The notes beneath the pieces were generated by a model. That model ran no database searches, was not told the DNA's origin, and saw only the letters and a list, made by a program, of their open reading frames with translations. The position numbers and the translations under genes are program-made. Of a stretch of 32,000 nucleotides of DNA, positions 17,140 through 24,796 are shown one piece after another. Source of the stretch: Nostoc sp. PCC 7120 = FACHB-418 (GTDB lineage: Bacteria; Cyanobacteriota; Cyanobacteriia; Cyanobacteriales; Nostocaceae); contig NC_003272.1 of assembly GCF_000009705.1 (NCBI RefSeq), positions 5,130,001 to 5,162,000 of the forward strand, written 5' to 3'. Positions within the stretch are counted from its first letter, which is position 1; every line of letters begins with the position of its first letter.

Positions 17140-17631
17140 ATGAATGCTATTTCCAAAGTTGAATTCAAGCATCCGAGTTGGCAAACTGCTATCTTGTTTG
17201 CTCTCGGCTTCTGGCTAAGTGCTAGCCTAGTTTTGGATTGGGTAATTATGCCTAGTCTTTACCTTTCAGGGATGATGTTGCAAGAGGGTTTTACTACAGC
17301 AGGGTATGCAATTTTTTGGATATTTAATCGCTTAGAATTGTTATCTGCGGCTGTAGTATTGACTGGGATACTGGTTTGGAAAAAGACTCACGTACATTGG
17401 AACGTGAATATGACAATTATCGGCTTTATGCTGTTGGCGATCGCTCTCCTCAATACTTATTTTTTTACTCCGCAAATGTCGGCAATTGGAGTTAATCTCA
17501 ATCTATTTGCCACAGAATCTACGATTCCGGCAACGATGAATTTACTACACGGTGGTTACTTTATACTAGAGGTGGTGAAATTATTAGTAGGTGGCGCACT
17601 TTTTAATTGGTGCTGGCAACAGCAAAGTTAG
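17140..17631 (+). CDS. Hypothetical integral membrane protein (4 predicted TM helices)
   Basis: 163-aa ORF with four hydrophobic stretches. I recognise no family signature. Confidence 0.55.
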   Translation: MNAISKVEFKHPSWQTAILFALGFWLSASLVLDWVIMPSLYLSGMMLQEGFTTAGYAIFWIFNRLELLSAAVVLTGILVWKKTHVHWNVNMTIIGFMLLAIALLNTYFFTPQMSAIGVNLNLFATESTIPATMNLLHGGYFILEVVKLLVGGALFNWCWQQQS

Positions 17632-17747
17632 ATAGTTTTTCCTAAAAAATAGATGAAACCCAGGCAAAAAGCCCTGAAGCTGAATGAGATTAAACTCGTG
17701 AATGTTGATCAGCTATTACGCTTTTAAATTACATAGACACATGGTTT

Positions 17748-17791
17748 GTTGAGGGCTGACCCTGAGCGTAGTCGAAGGGTCAGCCCTCAAC
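17748..17791. repeat. Perfect 15-bp stem hairpin GTTGAGGGCTGACCC / GGGTCAGCCCTCAAC with a 14-nt loop
   Basis: Read directly from the sequence, between convergent genes. Neither side has a U-tract, so it is more likely a palindromic repeat element than a classical terminator. Confidence 0.7.
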
Positions 17792-17793
17792 TA

Positions 17794-19320
17794 TTAAAAA
17801 TACTGTACTCTTGCGTCTAAGCCATTAGAGCGTAACATCCTAGACATTTGTTCTGCGGAAGAGCGATCGCTATAGGTTCCAGCATTCACAAAGGTTCCCA
17901 AATTGGATTTAGATGTGTAAGCACGAGGTACATAACGGCGCACTTGGTTGAGAGTCCCGCCATTACTAATCGGCACTATGACCACATAGCGATTATTACC
18001 AGGATTATAAGAAATCTCTGCGATGGGTGAACCATTAATGTTTAGTGCTTGCCAAGTTTGCGAATCTACGTTACCAGTAGGATTCAGTTGATAATATTGC
18101 TGGAATGAGGCTACAGATGCTCTGGTGTATTCATCAAAATAACCATCTAGACTGCCAGTAAAAAAGCCTAGCTGTGTCAAACGCTGTTGAACTGCTCTCA
18201 CATTGTTGCCGCGATCGCCTACAGTGAGTAAGTTTCTATTGGGCTGATTAGCATATCTATCTTCCCAGACCCGGCTAACTGCCTGTAAAATCTGCACATC
18301 AGCAATGCCATCGGCTGTGAGTCTATAGTCACGCTGAAATCGGACGATTGCATCCCTTGTCATTGCACCAATAGAGCCGGTGGGATTGCCATTAAAATAA
18401 CCCAAATCCCGTAGACGTTGCTGCAAATCTCTCACCTGTGGAGTAGATAATCCCGGTCTATTGGGAGCTTGAGCAACACCACCTAAAGCGTTCCAAGTTT
18501 GTTGATTGACGACTCCGGTAATAGGTAAACCTGCTTTGCGTTGAAAGGCCATGACAGCATCTCTAGTGATACCGCGAAAATTGCCTGTAGGATTAGGGCT
18601 GAAATAACCCAACTGACGTAAACGCTGTTGCAGTCTAGTGACAGCTTGGCCAGTACTACCTTCTGAAAGTACTGGAGATTCAACACCTACGCTACCAGTT
18701 GCTGCATTTCTGATGGCTTGTGCAGTTTGATTACCAACAATACCATCAGCGCCTATACGATTGGCACGTTGAAATCTGATGACTGCTTGCTGAGTTTCTG
18801 AGCCAAAATAGCCAGTGTTGGGGCCGTTAAAGTAACGCAACCGCCGCAAATTCTGTTGTAATTGGGAAACTGCTGCTCCTCTGCTACCTAGCCGCAAGTC
18901 ACCACGGCTGATAGCTCCAGGAGTTGCAGAGCGACACGCTCTTTGTAAAGCCCTTTGTGTCCCACCACCCACAACACCATCAGCCGCGAGTCTATTAGCA
19001 CGTTGAAAACCAATCACACCACTACGGGTGATGCTAGCAAATCTGCCATTCACGGGGCCATTAAAGAAGCCTAATCTTTTTAAACATCTTTGGATTTCGG
19101 CAACTTCTGAACCAGTACTGCCTACTTTTTGTAATGCTAAAGCTTCTCCAGCCACACTCAAGATACTTATACTCAGGGCTACAGATAACAGCCTGATTGT
19201 TGCATTACTAGAAAACTTAGGCCATTGCCAAAATTTTAGATTAACTTTGATAGGAATAAATTCTATATATTCTGATGCCTCATAAATAGAAGCAAGATGG
19301 GAATAACTGATGGTGTCCAT
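17794..19320 (-). CDS. Peptidoglycan-binding protein: five PG_binding_1-type repeats plus a C-terminal SPOR-like domain
   Basis: There are five repeats of about 60 aa with the pattern GSxGxxVxxLQxxLxxLGYFxGxxxGxFxxxTxxAVxxFQRxxxLxxDGxVG. The C-terminal YVVIVPISNGG...AEQMSRMLRSNGLDARVQYF is SPOR-like. The signal-like helix sits about 40 aa in, so the true start is uncertain. Confidence 0.8.
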   Translation of the reverse strand: MDTISYSHLASIYEASEYIEFIPIKVNLKFWQWPKFSSNATIRLLSVALSISILSVAGEALALQKVGSTGSEVAEIQRCLKRLGFFNGPVNGRFASITRSGVIGFQRANRLAADGVVGGGTQRALQRACRSATPGAISRGDLRLGSRGAAVSQLQQNLRRLRYFNGPNTGYFGSETQQAVIRFQRANRIGADGIVGNQTAQAIRNAATGSVGVESPVLSEGSTGQAVTRLQQRLRQLGYFSPNPTGNFRGITRDAVMAFQRKAGLPITGVVNQQTWNALGGVAQAPNRPGLSTPQVRDLQQRLRDLGYFNGNPTGSIGAMTRDAIVRFQRDYRLTADGIADVQILQAVSRVWEDRYANQPNRNLLTVGDRGNNVRAVQQRLTQLGFFTGSLDGYFDEYTRASVASFQQYYQLNPTGNVDSQTWQALNINGSPIAEISYNPGNNRYVVIVPISNGGTLNQVRRYVPRAYTSKSNLGTFVNAGTYSDRSSAEQMSRMLRSNGLDARVQYF

Positions 19321-19633
19321 AGATGTCCTGCTTTTTTTCGTGGTAGAAGGATTCCCTGATCAGGGTTGGTTTAAGAATTAGAATCACAACGGTCAGATTA
19401 TTTTCCAGTTATTCAGCAAAGTTACTTAATAATGTGTGAACTTATTACACTGCTGTTAACTGGCATTTATAGAGATTTACTATGTCTGCGCGTATCGCCT
19501 AGAGAAAAATATACCACTTTCTCAGTGTGATACCAATTCACTAAAATTATGTATAGCTGTTGACGCTTGACTATTGTCTGTTGACAGACTTGAAAGCCTT
19601 GTATTGTCAGGGTTTTATCTGGATACGGTTATA

Positions 19634-19770
19634 ATACCAATTTGAAAAAAGAATGCAACCGATACATACGGACATACTCTTATTCTGTTTGCCTTTCCTA
19701 ATGCGCGAATTTTGTTAGCGAAGCCTTCTCTACGTTCGCGGAGCGTCGTAGAGATGCCGTAGGCTATTTT
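19634..19770 (+). repeat. MITE-like small dispersed element, copy B, carrying about 50-60 nt of extra internal sequence relative to copy A
   Basis: Its ends ATACCAATTTGAAAA / TTTTGAATTGTCAT are inverted repeats with 2 mismatches. Positions 19634-19702 align with the reverse complement of copy A. A solo end-like sequence ATACCAATTCACTAAAATT lies at 19530-19548. Confidence 0.65.
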
Positions 19771-19934
19771 GAATTGTCATAACAGTAGCCTTTGCTACGC
19801 AAATCTGCCGCGAACTCTAGGAGACGCTACTGCATTAGCGTTAGCCTTTCTGTGTTGCGTTATTTGACAACGCACCTTAAAAAATGATTGACAGTGATTT
19901 AATTATTAGTGTGTAAAATTTCTGAAGTTTTGAA

Positions 19935-20417
19935 TTATTCTTCATCTACTCGTTCAATATTTCCTACTTTTGTCCAGCCCTCTATTTTGCTGCTTTCAAC
20001 TCGAACCTTTTTCCAAAGTTTATCTGGGTTTTCTTCTAAGACAACAATTTTTTCGTTAAAACCAGCGCCTCCCACTCGTTCAGCCTCTTGAGTTGGTTCA
20101 GCCCTCAAGCTTACGCCTTGAGGCCATGTAATACGCCCCTTATAAGCACCTTTTGGCAATGGCTTTTCTGTTTCTGTGGGGGATGCGCTGGGGGTAGGGT
20201 TTTTCTCAGGTTTAGCTTGAGGTGTGGAGATGGGTTCTATCTTCTTCTTTTTGCTATCGGGGTCTTTGAGCGCAGGAGTATCATTAGCATACATAGGCTT
20301 GGTAGGAGGTATGGCGGTTCTATTCATGAAATAGAGTCCAACCGCAACGCCGCTACCTAATAAAACTGCGATCGCTAATAATATTCCTAGTATGAACTTG
20401 AGCAAGGCGGAAAACAT
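19935..20417 (-). CDS. Membrane-anchored protein with a Pro/Lys-rich linker and a C-terminal SH3b-like domain
   Basis: It has an N-terminal TM helix (ILGILLAIAVLLGSGVAVGLYF) and a low-complexity linker. The C-terminal GRITWPQGVSLRAEPTQEAERVGGAGFNEKIVVLEE..WKKVRV...EGW is bacterial SH3-like. Confidence 0.6.
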   Translation of the reverse strand: MFSALLKFILGILLAIAVLLGSGVAVGLYFMNRTAIPPTKPMYANDTPALKDPDSKKKKIEPISTPQAKPEKNPTPSASPTETEKPLPKGAYKGRITWPQGVSLRAEPTQEAERVGGAGFNEKIVVLEENPDKLWKKVRVESSKIEGWTKVGNIERVDEE

Positions 20418-20445
20418 AATTTAAAACCTCATTAGTTATTAATCG

Positions 20446-20490
20446 ATGGTCAATAGTCAATGGTGAATGGTCAATAGTCAATAGTCAACA
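20446..20490. repeat. STRR-type heptamer array (ATGGTCA/ATAGTCA, about 6 units)
   Basis: The units read atggtca atagtca atggtga atggtca atagtca atagtca. Confidence 0.9.
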
Positions 20491-20547
20491 GTTTTTGACT
20501 CTAGACTATTGACTTAGGAATAATTATGGCAACTTACACTGTAATTG

Positions 20548-22059
20548 TTAGCGTAGCTTGCCGAATGTGTCACTCAAAGGACTTTGTTTTGAGGCTAGAC
20601 GCGCTCTCCCGGCTGCTGCCCATTCTTGTAGTTCCTGAATCTGCTCTACAGCCGTTCTGGCTAGGGGTATGATTTGACTAGCCGCTTCTAAAACATCGTC
20701 GGTAGTGAAATCTCGGTTTTGACTAAAGCCGATGTGCATCGCTTCTATTAAAGTTTGCTCGATTTCTGCCCCTGAAAAATCTGGCGTTTCGTACGCTAAT
20801 CGCTCAATGTCATAATTTTTCAAATTGTGGGGGCGCAGTCGGGATAAATGAACATTAAAAATGGCTTTTCTTTCTTCTTGACTGGGTAAACCAACAAAGA
20901 AAATTTCGTCAAACCGCCCTTTCCGCAACATTTCTGGCGGTAGGGCTTGGATGTTATTGGCGGTGGCGACAACGAACACTGGGGAAGTTTTTTCGGCTAG
21001 CCAAGTAATAAATGTGCCGAAGACGCGGCTAGTAGTTCCCGCATCACCTTTACTACCCAGTCCAGAAAAGGCTTTATCGATTTCATCAATCCAGAGAATA
21101 CAGGGTGCGAGGGCTTCTGCTACTTGAATCATTTGCCGGGTACGGGATTCTGATTCACCCACCAAACCGCCAAATAATCGTCCCACATCTAGGCGTAGTA
21201 GGGGTAAATGCCAATGATGAGCGATCGCTTTTGCGGTTAAGGATTTACCAGTACCTTGAATCCCCACTAATAATAAACCCCGTGGGTGTGGTAATCCATA
21301 TTGGCGGGCGCGTTCACTAAAGGAACCACCACGGCGTAATAGCCAATCTTTGAGGTTATCTAGTCCTCCTATGTCAGAAATCTGCTCTGTGGCGGGGTAA
21401 AAGTCGAGGATTTGGGTTTGGCGGATAGTTTGGCGCTTTTCCTCCAAAACTAAATCTACGTCTTCTGGTTGCAATTCTCCGTGGGTAGCGATCGCTTTCG
21501 CTAAAACCCGCCGAATCCTTTCCATCGATAGCCCTTGGCAAGAACGCACCAAATCATCTGTAACTTTCCCAGAGAGGGAATTACCAGTTGCTTGCAGTAG
21601 ACGTTCAATCTCTATTTTAATTTCTGGAGCGTTAGGTAAGGGGAACTCGACAACCGTTAAAATTTCAGTTAAATCGTCAGGTATGGCGATGCGTGGCGAC
21701 AATAGGACGATGTTTTTCGGTTGTGACTTCAGCAGTCTGGCTAGGTTGCGGAGTTTGCGAGCGATCGCTACATCATCTAAAAATCGATGATAATCTCGCA
21801 GAATAATTACTGCTGGTGCTGATGCTGGTATTTTTTCTAAAAATTCTAAAGCTTGCAGGGGATTACGCCGCCCAAAACCCGCGTCATTGGGGTTACCTTG
21901 ATACCCATCGACAAAATCCCAGGTATATACTGGGCGATTACCTTGATTGGCTGCTTCTTCGCGGATAGCGGTTTCTACCCGTTCTTCTTCATAGGTAGGT
22001 ATGTAAATTAACGGATAACGCGCTCTCAGTAGCAGTTTAAACTCTTCACGGAAGTTCAT
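20548..22059 (-). CDS. AAA+ family ATPase (single classical AAA module in the C-terminal half)
   Basis: Walker [14 protein letters not shown], Walker [10 protein letters not shown], sensor-1 region VVATANN and arginine-finger region [11 protein letters not shown] are present. Confidence 0.88.
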   Translation of the reverse strand: MNFREEFKLLLRARYPLIYIPTYEEERVETAIREEAANQGNRPVYTWDFVDGYQGNPNDAGFGRRNPLQALEFLEKIPASAPAVIILRDYHRFLDDVAIARKLRNLARLLKSQPKNIVLLSPRIAIPDDLTEILTVVEFPLPNAPEIKIEIERLLQATGNSLSGKVTDDLVRSCQGLSMERIRRVLAKAIATHGELQPEDVDLVLEEKRQTIRQTQILDFYPATEQISDIGGLDNLKDWLLRRGGSFSERARQYGLPHPRGLLLVGIQGTGKSLTAKAIAHHWHLPLLRLDVGRLFGGLVGESESRTRQMIQVAEALAPCILWIDEIDKAFSGLGSKGDAGTTSRVFGTFITWLAEKTSPVFVVATANNIQALPPEMLRKGRFDEIFFVGLPSQEERKAIFNVHLSRLRPHNLKNYDIERLAYETPDFSGAEIEQTLIEAMHIGFSQNRDFTTDDVLEAASQIIPLARTAVEQIQELQEWAAAGRARLASKQSPLSDTFGKLR

Positions 22060-22195
22060 ATCTAGGGGTTATGGTTAGTTGCTCTTGATGGCAATGTACA
22101 ACTTTCTTTAACCAAAATCCCATTTGATCATGCGATCTAGTACGGAGTGGGGTATTGGGGACTAGGGGAACAGAGATCAGGAGGAAAGGATATAG

Positions 22196-22230
22196 TGACC
22201 AATGACAACTGACAACTGACTAATGACTCA
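22196..22230. repeat. STRR-type heptamer array (TGACCAA/TGACAAC/TGACTAA)
   Basis: The units read tgaccaa tgacaac tgacaac tgactaa tgactca. The array contains the stop codon and the last codons of the 22220-22876 ORF. Confidence 0.9.
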
Positions 22231-22876
22231 TAACAAGTTGTTGCTTAAAGTAGCTCTTGGGTAAGAAACAGCGATCAGGTAAGAAAGGATTATCAATATA
22301 TTGGGATAAGAAAGTGCCTGGTTGGACTCTATGACAGAATGGCGGCACAATTCCCCAATCTTCTGCTAACCAAATCCAGTATCCTATTTCGATTTTGCCG
22401 TAGCTGGATACAGTTAAAATTTCCCCGACGCTATTGTTGATAGATACTAGCTCAGGGGATGATTTAACTTCAGTTAATAACCAGGCTAATTCATCTACAG
22501 AAAAGTAATAACCGTAATCAGCCGCTACTTTGGTAAACTGCTGTGGATTTTTTGCTGACAGTAATTGATCTTTAAGCGACGGTGTTTTCTGTGCTAAATC
22601 AAATAAATTCCAAATCTGCTTCCTGGTAACGAGGAACCAAGCAATTTCTTCTGCTCTTAAGTAATATCCGTTATCTACTACTAAGTTAATAAACCCTTCC
22701 AGGGTCTCAACTTCTCCTAATTGACTTTTTAAGAAAAAGTTTTGCTCTACAAAAGCAAAAAAATCAATAACTTTCTGCCACGTTAACTTATTAGGAATAT
22801 TATAAAGATTTATTTCTTTTTTCCAAAAGATATATTTTTCTTCTTTCAGAAAGAAATTCCATATTTGGTAATACAC
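22220..22876 (-). CDS. Hypothetical protein with two tandem Nif11-like modules
   Basis: The internal repeat is FLKSQLGEVETLEGFINLVVDNGYYLRAEEIAWFL versus SLKDQLLSAKNPQQFTKVAADYGYYFSVDELAWLL. This is the Nif11-domain pattern (helix, then xLxxkL, then GYxfsxeEl). The start codon is GTG with no internal Met nearby, so the start is uncertain. Confidence 0.5.
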   Translation of the reverse strand: MYYQIWNFFLKEEKYIFWKKEINLYNIPNKLTWQKVIDFFAFVEQNFFLKSQLGEVETLEGFINLVVDNGYYLRAEEIAWFLVTRKQIWNLFDLAQKTPSLKDQLLSAKNPQQFTKVAADYGYYFSVDELAWLLTEVKSSPELVSINNSVGEILTVSSYGKIEIGYWIWLAEDWGIVPPFCHRVQPGTFLSQYIDNPFLPDRCFLPKSYFKQQLVMSH

Positions 22877-23260
22877 AATTTACGCTTCCTTTCTTTGAAT
22901 TTTTGTGAAAGTATTATTAAGTATCAGTGTAGTAACTATAAACGTGTATATTCGACAGTATTCACAAAACTTTTTCTGTGAATAACAGCACATAGAGCAT
23001 ACGTATATTTTCATGTAAAAACTATAGCTGATAGAAAAAGATTGCTGAAACAAAATAATCAGCGATCGCTTATTTTCTATTGTTAAAAATAGTGCTAATT
23101 TCTAAATATATAGAAATGTTTGTATAAATTATTTAGGATTGCTTGAATAAAACTTTATGTAGTTATGTAACAAATAGAACGTATGGTTAAATTACGGAGA
23201 TAGCAAAGGCGATCTCTGATTCTTGATTATTAGATGAAATTTATCTGTATATGCTAAATA

Positions 23261-23290
23261 TCCCTGTAGTAGAGAATTAACCACAGGGAC
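23261..23290. repeat. Hairpin repeat TCCCTGT ... TTAACC-ACAGGGA, related to the 8728-8770 element
   Basis: The stem is 7 bp and the loop is 15 nt, and it shares TTAACCACAG(A/G)GACA with 8755-8769. It lies 27 nt downstream of the stop of the 23317-24786 gene on the minus strand, so it may act as a terminator. Confidence 0.45.
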
Positions 23291-23316
23291 ACACAGGTAA
23301 AATAAATATGCAGTAC

Positions 23317-24786
23317 TTACTTTGAGCTTATTGTTAAATCGCGGAGGTAGTAAAAGCGATCGCTCCTCCAATCATTACCTTTAACTCTGCCTAAATAGCC
23401 TGTTAAAGGTGATGAAAGTTCTATCAAAATCTCGTGCATTTCCTCTGTTTTTAGTGGTTGTGGTGGATGTGAGGCGAAATAAGCACCATGTAGAGCTTCG
23501 GCACCAGCAGATTCTGTCCCTGAATTTTCTAGATAATTGTTAACAAGCTGAATAATATGCGATCGCAACTTGATAGCTTGTTCAACTTTATCAATATATT
23601 CATTAATTTTATAGTCAATCTGTCCAGGTTTTAGATACTTTCGCAATTCAATTAAGTTGATAGCACCGGGATATTTGACTTTGAGTTCAACTAGTTTTTG
23701 TAAAGTCATTACATTTATAATACTGATTTTAGATATTTCAGCAGAGTCTTTCAGGTTTTTAGTAGGTTGACCTGGGCCAATAATTAATTTTACTGCTTGA
23801 AGGTAATTTTCTTTAAGATGTCTTTTGCCAATCCTATCTAATTCTTCTACTGCACGATCGGGAATACTTTTACCTGCTTTACATTCGCAAACCAAAGGGT
23901 AAGGTTGTGAACAGAATAAATCTAAGCCTCCAGCACCACCTTTATAAGCATATTCAACCTTAAATCCTAAAAATTCTAGACTTTGACGTGTAATATTTTC
24001 AAAGTCTGTACCAGCTTGGTAATTGCTTTTTTTCTCGTCCAGCTCTATGCTACGATCGCCTAACTTAGCAATGTCATTTATCCAAGCTAAATCTGTATTT
24101 AGTGTTTGAATCTGCTTAGTATTCTTCCAACCTAAAAATATTTGAATATCATCGTCTAATTCTTTAGCTCCTGGGTTACTGATTGCAAGTGGGGCTAGAA
24201 AACTCTGTAATTCATCTAATTCTGGATGCTGTGGGGGTTCTATTTTTTCTAGTTGTTGTTTGCGTCGTTCGAAGATGCTATCTTTTAAAATTGGTTTATC
24301 TTCAGAACCAGCGATGTTAGGTAAACTTACGAATTTACCGAATTTTTCTTGAATATTGGCATCAACAGTAACTTTACACTCCTGGGGTAAATGGTAAACA
24401 CGCAGGTAAACCAGAAAAATATTCTCTTGTTTCTGTATGATTGCTTCAAATGCTTTAGGTGTCCATATTGTTAATTGAGACAAAACATTTAAAGGTTTAG
24501 TCTTATCTATAACTTGGCAAAGTTCACATCTTGCCCAAGCTTTAATAAACACAGTTTGAGAAGAATGTTGTTGAATATTAGTTCTGGCGACGGATAATAA
24601 ATTTGCACGATAGTATTGCTCGATTGAAAGGGTATCAATTGAGATATCAGCAGGATAAAGTAAAAATTTCTGCCCAGGACGAATAAACATCTTAGGCATA
24701 GCTGCTATTGTCCGCCCCTGTATTAAAGCTTCAATCTCAGGGGCAGGTAAACACAGCGCTGTTGGAATTGAAAACAGCTGGTTCAT
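23317..24786 (-). CDS. Two-domain protein: possible PUA/ASCH-like (DUF1802-like) N-terminal domain plus a C-terminal PD-(D/E)xK (Mrr/restriction-endonuclease-like) nuclease core
   Basis: The nuclease signature is GTDFENITRQSLEFLGFKVEYAYKGGAGGLD(289)LFCSQPYPLVCE(301)CK(303)AGKS, covering nt 23857-24015. The N-terminal 135 aa (LPAPEIEALIQGRTIAAMPKMFIRPGQKFLLYPA...IFLVYLRVYHLP) resemble DUF1802/ASCH-like proteins as I remember them. The start is 10 nt after the upstream stop. Confidence 0.65.
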   Translation of the reverse strand: MNQLFSIPTALCLPAPEIEALIQGRTIAAMPKMFIRPGQKFLLYPADISIDTLSIEQYYRANLLSVARTNIQQHSSQTVFIKAWARCELCQVIDKTKPLNVLSQLTIWTPKAFEAIIQKQENIFLVYLRVYHLPQECKVTVDANIQEKFGKFVSLPNIAGSEDKPILKDSIFERRKQQLEKIEPPQHPELDELQSFLAPLAISNPGAKELDDDIQIFLGWKNTKQIQTLNTDLAWINDIAKLGDRSIELDEKKSNYQAGTDFENITRQSLEFLGFKVEYAYKGGAGGLDLFCSQPYPLVCECKAGKSIPDRAVEELDRIGKRHLKENYLQAVKLIIGPGQPTKNLKDSAEISKISIINVMTLQKLVELKVKYPGAINLIELRKYLKPGQIDYKINEYIDKVEQAIKLRSHIIQLVNNYLENSGTESAGAEALHGAYFASHPPQPLKTEEMHEILIELSSPLTGYLGRVKGNDWRSDRFYYLRDLTISSK

Positions 24787-24796
24787 TTCTATTTAG

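Noticed and set aside
17748-17791. Calling this hairpin a bidirectional intrinsic terminator.
   Set aside because: Neither side has a U/T tract, so it is listed as a palindromic repeat instead.
19321-19934. The 614-bp gene-free region as a possible tRNA, ncRNA or transposase remnant.
   Set aside because: It has no T-loop (GGTTCGAATCC-like) or cloverleaf signature and no ORF with transposase motifs. The content is explained by MITE-like and small dispersed repeats. An sRNA cannot be excluded without transcript data.
20446-20490. The possibility that the heptamer arrays here and at 4254, 6403, 10297, 16235, 22196 and 28022 are CRISPR arrays.
   Set aside because: The units are 7 nt and directly abutting, with no spacers and no cas genes nearby. 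They are STRR-type tandem repeats typical of heterocystous cyanobacteria.
20548-22059. The AAA+ ATPase as a fourth component of the candidate defence operon.
   Set aside because: It is separated from the operon by the Nif11-like gene, by STRR arrays and by a 440-bp spacer. It contains three HIP1 sites and host-like composition, and it looks like the widely conserved cyanobacterial AAA protein.
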